Assembly: GCA_002269645.1 (NCBI GenBank)
Contig: NIVC01001399.1
Span: forward strand, 191,463-255,462
DNA length: 64,000 bases
Direction of reading: 5' to 3'
Origin: Macrostomum lignano
Taxonomy: Eukaryota
Part shown: positions 60,747 through 64,000 of the stretch, in pieces
Position numbering within the stretch: position 1 is the stretch's first letter
Layout: the number at the start of each line of letters is the position of its first letter
Program-made: the position numbers and the translations under genes
Notes under the pieces: generated by a model
Told to the model about the DNA's origin: nothing
Databases searched by the model: none
What the model saw: only the letters and a program-made list of their open reading frames with translations

Positions 60747-63700
60747 GTCAGAGAACGTCATGCTGAATCAAGTGTCACAGAACGTCATGCTGAATCAAGT
60801 GTCAGAGAACGTCATGCTGAATCAAGTGTCAGAGAACGTCATGCTGAATCAAGTGTCAGAGAACGTCATGCTGAATCAAGTGTCACAGAACGTCATGCTG
60901 AATCAACTGTCACAGAACGTCATGCAGAATCAACTGTCACAGAACGTCATGCTGAATCAAGTGTCAGGGAACGTCATGCTGAATCAACTGTCAGAGAGCG
61001 TCATGCTGAATCAACTGTCAGAGAACGTCATGCTGAATCAACTGTCAGAGAACGTCATGCTGAATCAAGTGTCAGAGAACGTCATGCTGAATCAAGTGTC
61101 AGAGAACGTCATGCTGAATCAAGTGTCAGAGAGCGTCATGCTGAATCAAGTGTCACAGAACGTCATGCTGAATCAACTGTCAGAGAACGTCATGCTGAAT
61201 CAACTGTCAGGGAACGTCATGCTGAATCAAGTGTCAGAGAACGTCATGCTGAATCAAGTGTCACAGAACGTCATGCTGAATCAACTGTCAGGGAACGTCA
61301 TGCTGAATCAACTGTCAGAGAGCGTCATGCTGAATCAAGTGTCAGAGAGCGTCATGCTGAATCAAGTGTCACAGAACGTCATGCTGAATCAACTGTCAGA
61401 GAACGTCATGCTGAATCAAGTGTCAGAGAACGTCATGCTGAATCAAGTGTCAGAGAGCGTCATGCTGAATCAAGTGTCACAGAACGTCATGCTGAATCAA
61501 GTGTCAGAGAGCGTCATGCTGAATCAACTGTCAGAGAGCGTCATGCTGAATCAAGTGTCAGAGAGCGTCATGCTGAATCAAGTGTCACAGAACGTCATGC
61601 TGAATCAAGTCACAGAACGTCATGCTGAATCAACTGTCAGAGAACGTCATGCTGAATCAAGTGTCAGGGAACGTCATGCTGAATCAACTGTCAGAGAACG
61701 TCAAGCTGAATCAACTGTCAGAGAACGTCATGCAGAATCAAGTGTCAGAGAACGTCATGCTGAATCAACTGTCAGGAACGTCATGCTGAATCAAGTGTCA
61801 GAGAACGTCATGCTGAATCAAGTGTCAGAGAACGTCATGCTGAATCAACTGTCACAGAACGTCATGCTGAATCAACTGTCAGAGAGCGTCATGCTGAATC
61901 AAGTGTCAGAGAGCGTCATGCTGAATCAACTGTCAGGGAACGTCATGCTGAATCAACTGTCACAGAACGTCATGCTGAATCAACTGTCAGAGAACGTCAT
62001 GCTGAATCAAGTGTCAGAGAACGTCATGCTGAATCAACTGTCAGGGAACGTCATGCTGAATCAAGTGTCAGAGAACGTCATGCTGAATCAAGTGTCACAG
62101 AACGTCATGCTGAATCAACTGTCAGGGAACGTCATGCTGAATCAACTGTCAGAGAGCGTCATGCTGAATCAACTGTCAGAGAGCGTCATGCTGAATCAAC
62201 TGTCAGAGAGCGTCATGCTGAATCAACTGTCAGAGAACGTCATGCTGAATCAAGTGTCAGAGAGCGTCATGCTGAATCAAGTGTCACAGAACGTCATGCT
62301 GAATCAACTGTCAGAGAACGTCATGCTGAATCAAGTGTCAGAGAGCGTCATGCTGAATCAAGTGTCAGAGAGCGTCATGCTGAATCAAGTGTCAGAGAGC
62401 GTCATGCTGAATCAAGTGTCAGAGAACGTCATGCTGAATCAACTGTCACAGAACGTCATGCTGAATCAAGTGTCAGGGAGCGTCATGCTGAATCAAGTGT
62501 CAGAGAGCGTCATGCTGAATCAACTGTCACAGAACGTCATGCTGAATCAACTGTCACAGAACGTCATGCTGAATCAACTGTCAGAGAGCGTCATGCTGAA
62601 TCAAGTGTCAGAGAGCGTCATGCTGAATCAACTGTCAGGGAACGTCATGCTGAATCAACTGTCACAGAACGTCATGCTGAATCAACTGTCAGAGAGCGTC
62701 ATGCTGAATCAAGTGTCAGAGAGCGTCATGCTGAATCAAGTGTCAGAGAACGTCATGCTGAATCAAGTGTCAGAGAGCGTCATGCTGAATCAAGTGTCAG
62801 AGAGCGTCATGCTGAATCAAGTGTCACAGAACGTCATGCTGAATCAAGTGTCAGAGAACGTCATGCTGAATCAAGTGTCAGAGAACGTCATGCTGAATCA
62901 ACTGTCACAGAACGTCATGCTGAATCAACTGTCACAGAACGTCATGCTGAATCAAGTGTCAGAACGTCATGCTGAATCAAGTGTCAGGAACGTCATGCTG
63001 AATCAAGTGTCAGAGAGCGTCATGCTGAATCAACTGTCAGAGAACGTCATGCTGAATCAACTGTCAGGGAACGTCATGCTGAATCAACTGTCAGGGAACG
63101 TCATGCTGAATCAAGTGTCAGAGAGCGTCATGCTGAATCAAGTGTCACAGAACGTCATGCTGAATCAAGTGTCAGAGAGCGTCATGCTGAATCAAGTGTC
63201 AGAGAGCGTCATGCTGAATCAACTGTCACAGAGCGTCATGCTGAATCAACTGTCACAGAACGTCATGCTGAATCAACTGTCAGAGAGCGTCATGCTGAAT
63301 CAAGTGTCAGAGAGCGTCATGCTGAATCAAGTGTCACAGAACGTCATGCTGAATCAAGTGTCAGGGAACGTCATGCTGAATCAACTGTCAGAGAGCGTCA
63401 TGCTGAATCAACTGTCAGAGAGCGTCATGCTGAATCAACTGTCAGGAACGTCATGCTGAATCAACTGTCAGGGAACGTCATGCTGAATCAAGTGTCAGAG
63501 AGCGTCATGCTGAATCAAGTGTCAGAGAGCGTCATGCTGAATCAAGTGTCAGAGAGCGTCATGCTGAATCAAGTGTCAGAGAGCGTCATGCTGAATCAAG
63601 TGTCAGAGAGCGTCATGCTGAATCAAGTGTCAGAGAGCGTCATGCTGAATCAAGTGTCACAGAACGTCATGCTGAATCAAGTGTCACAGAACGTCATGCT

Positions 63701-64000
63701 GAATCAAGTGTCAGAGAACGTCATGCTGAATCAAGTGTCAGAGAGCGTCATGCTGAATCAAGTGTCAGGGAACGTCATGCTGAATCAAGTGTCAGAGAGC
63801 GTCATGCTGAATCAAGTGTCAGAGAACGTCATGCTGAATCAAGTGTCACAGAACGTCATGCTGAATCAACTGTCAGAGAGCGTCATGCTGAATCAAGTGT
63901 CAGGGAGCGTCATGCTGAATCAAGTGTCAGAGAACGTCATGCTGAATCAACTGTCAGAGAGCGTCATGCTGAATCAAGTGTCAGAGAGCGTCATGCTGAA
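60747..64000. repeat. 27 bp minisatellite (GAACGTCATGCTGAATCAAGTGTCAGA), over 3.2 kb, running off the window end; probably intronic to the ankyrin gene
   Basis: Directly visible; it produces the spurious 899 aa NQVSENVML ORF. Confidence 0.97.

Noticed and set aside
60760-63459. 899 aa (NQVSENVML)n ORF as a repeat protein
   Set aside because: A 27 bp unit with no stop in one frame gives a long ORF automatically. It has frame-shifting unit deletions, no unique domain, and lies antisense within a probable intron.
8977-64000. CRISPR-like arrays
   Set aside because: All arrays are contiguous tandem repeats without unique spacers, there are no cas genes, and the context is eukaryotic.

Overview
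Eukaryotic (animal) genomic DNA, not prokaryotic. The pattern of GC-rich exons and introns filled with 12-47 bp minisatellites recalls the free-living flatworm Macrostomum lignano, but the species cannot be confirmed from sequence alone. I reconstructed seven spliced genes by hand: JTB-like (+), CCDC177-like (+), a NEK2-like kinase (+, two consecutive GC-AG introns), a HEI10/CCNB1IP1-like RING protein (-), two tandem MIEN1/SelW2-like (Rdx family) selenoprotein genes (+), and the 3' exons of a FANK1-like ankyrin gene (-). The ORF track misses both selenoprotein genes because of an in-frame UGA. Both have an unusual C-x-x-x-U redox motif, a C-terminal CaaX box and a near-identical, atypical SECIS hairpin. 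A 15.4 kb head-to-tail array of five non-autonomous Helitron-like elements lies at 15.1-30.5 kb; each unit carries two internal minisatellites and a tRNA-like Pol III cassette. Other elements: a near-intact intronic mariner, an old CpG-free mariner fragment, two CORE-type SINEs, a decayed BEL/Pao gag and many tandem repeats. Most long ORFs in the supplied track are artefacts of tandem repeats. Gene models, family calls and RNA folds were made by eye and need alignment or RNA-seq confirmation.
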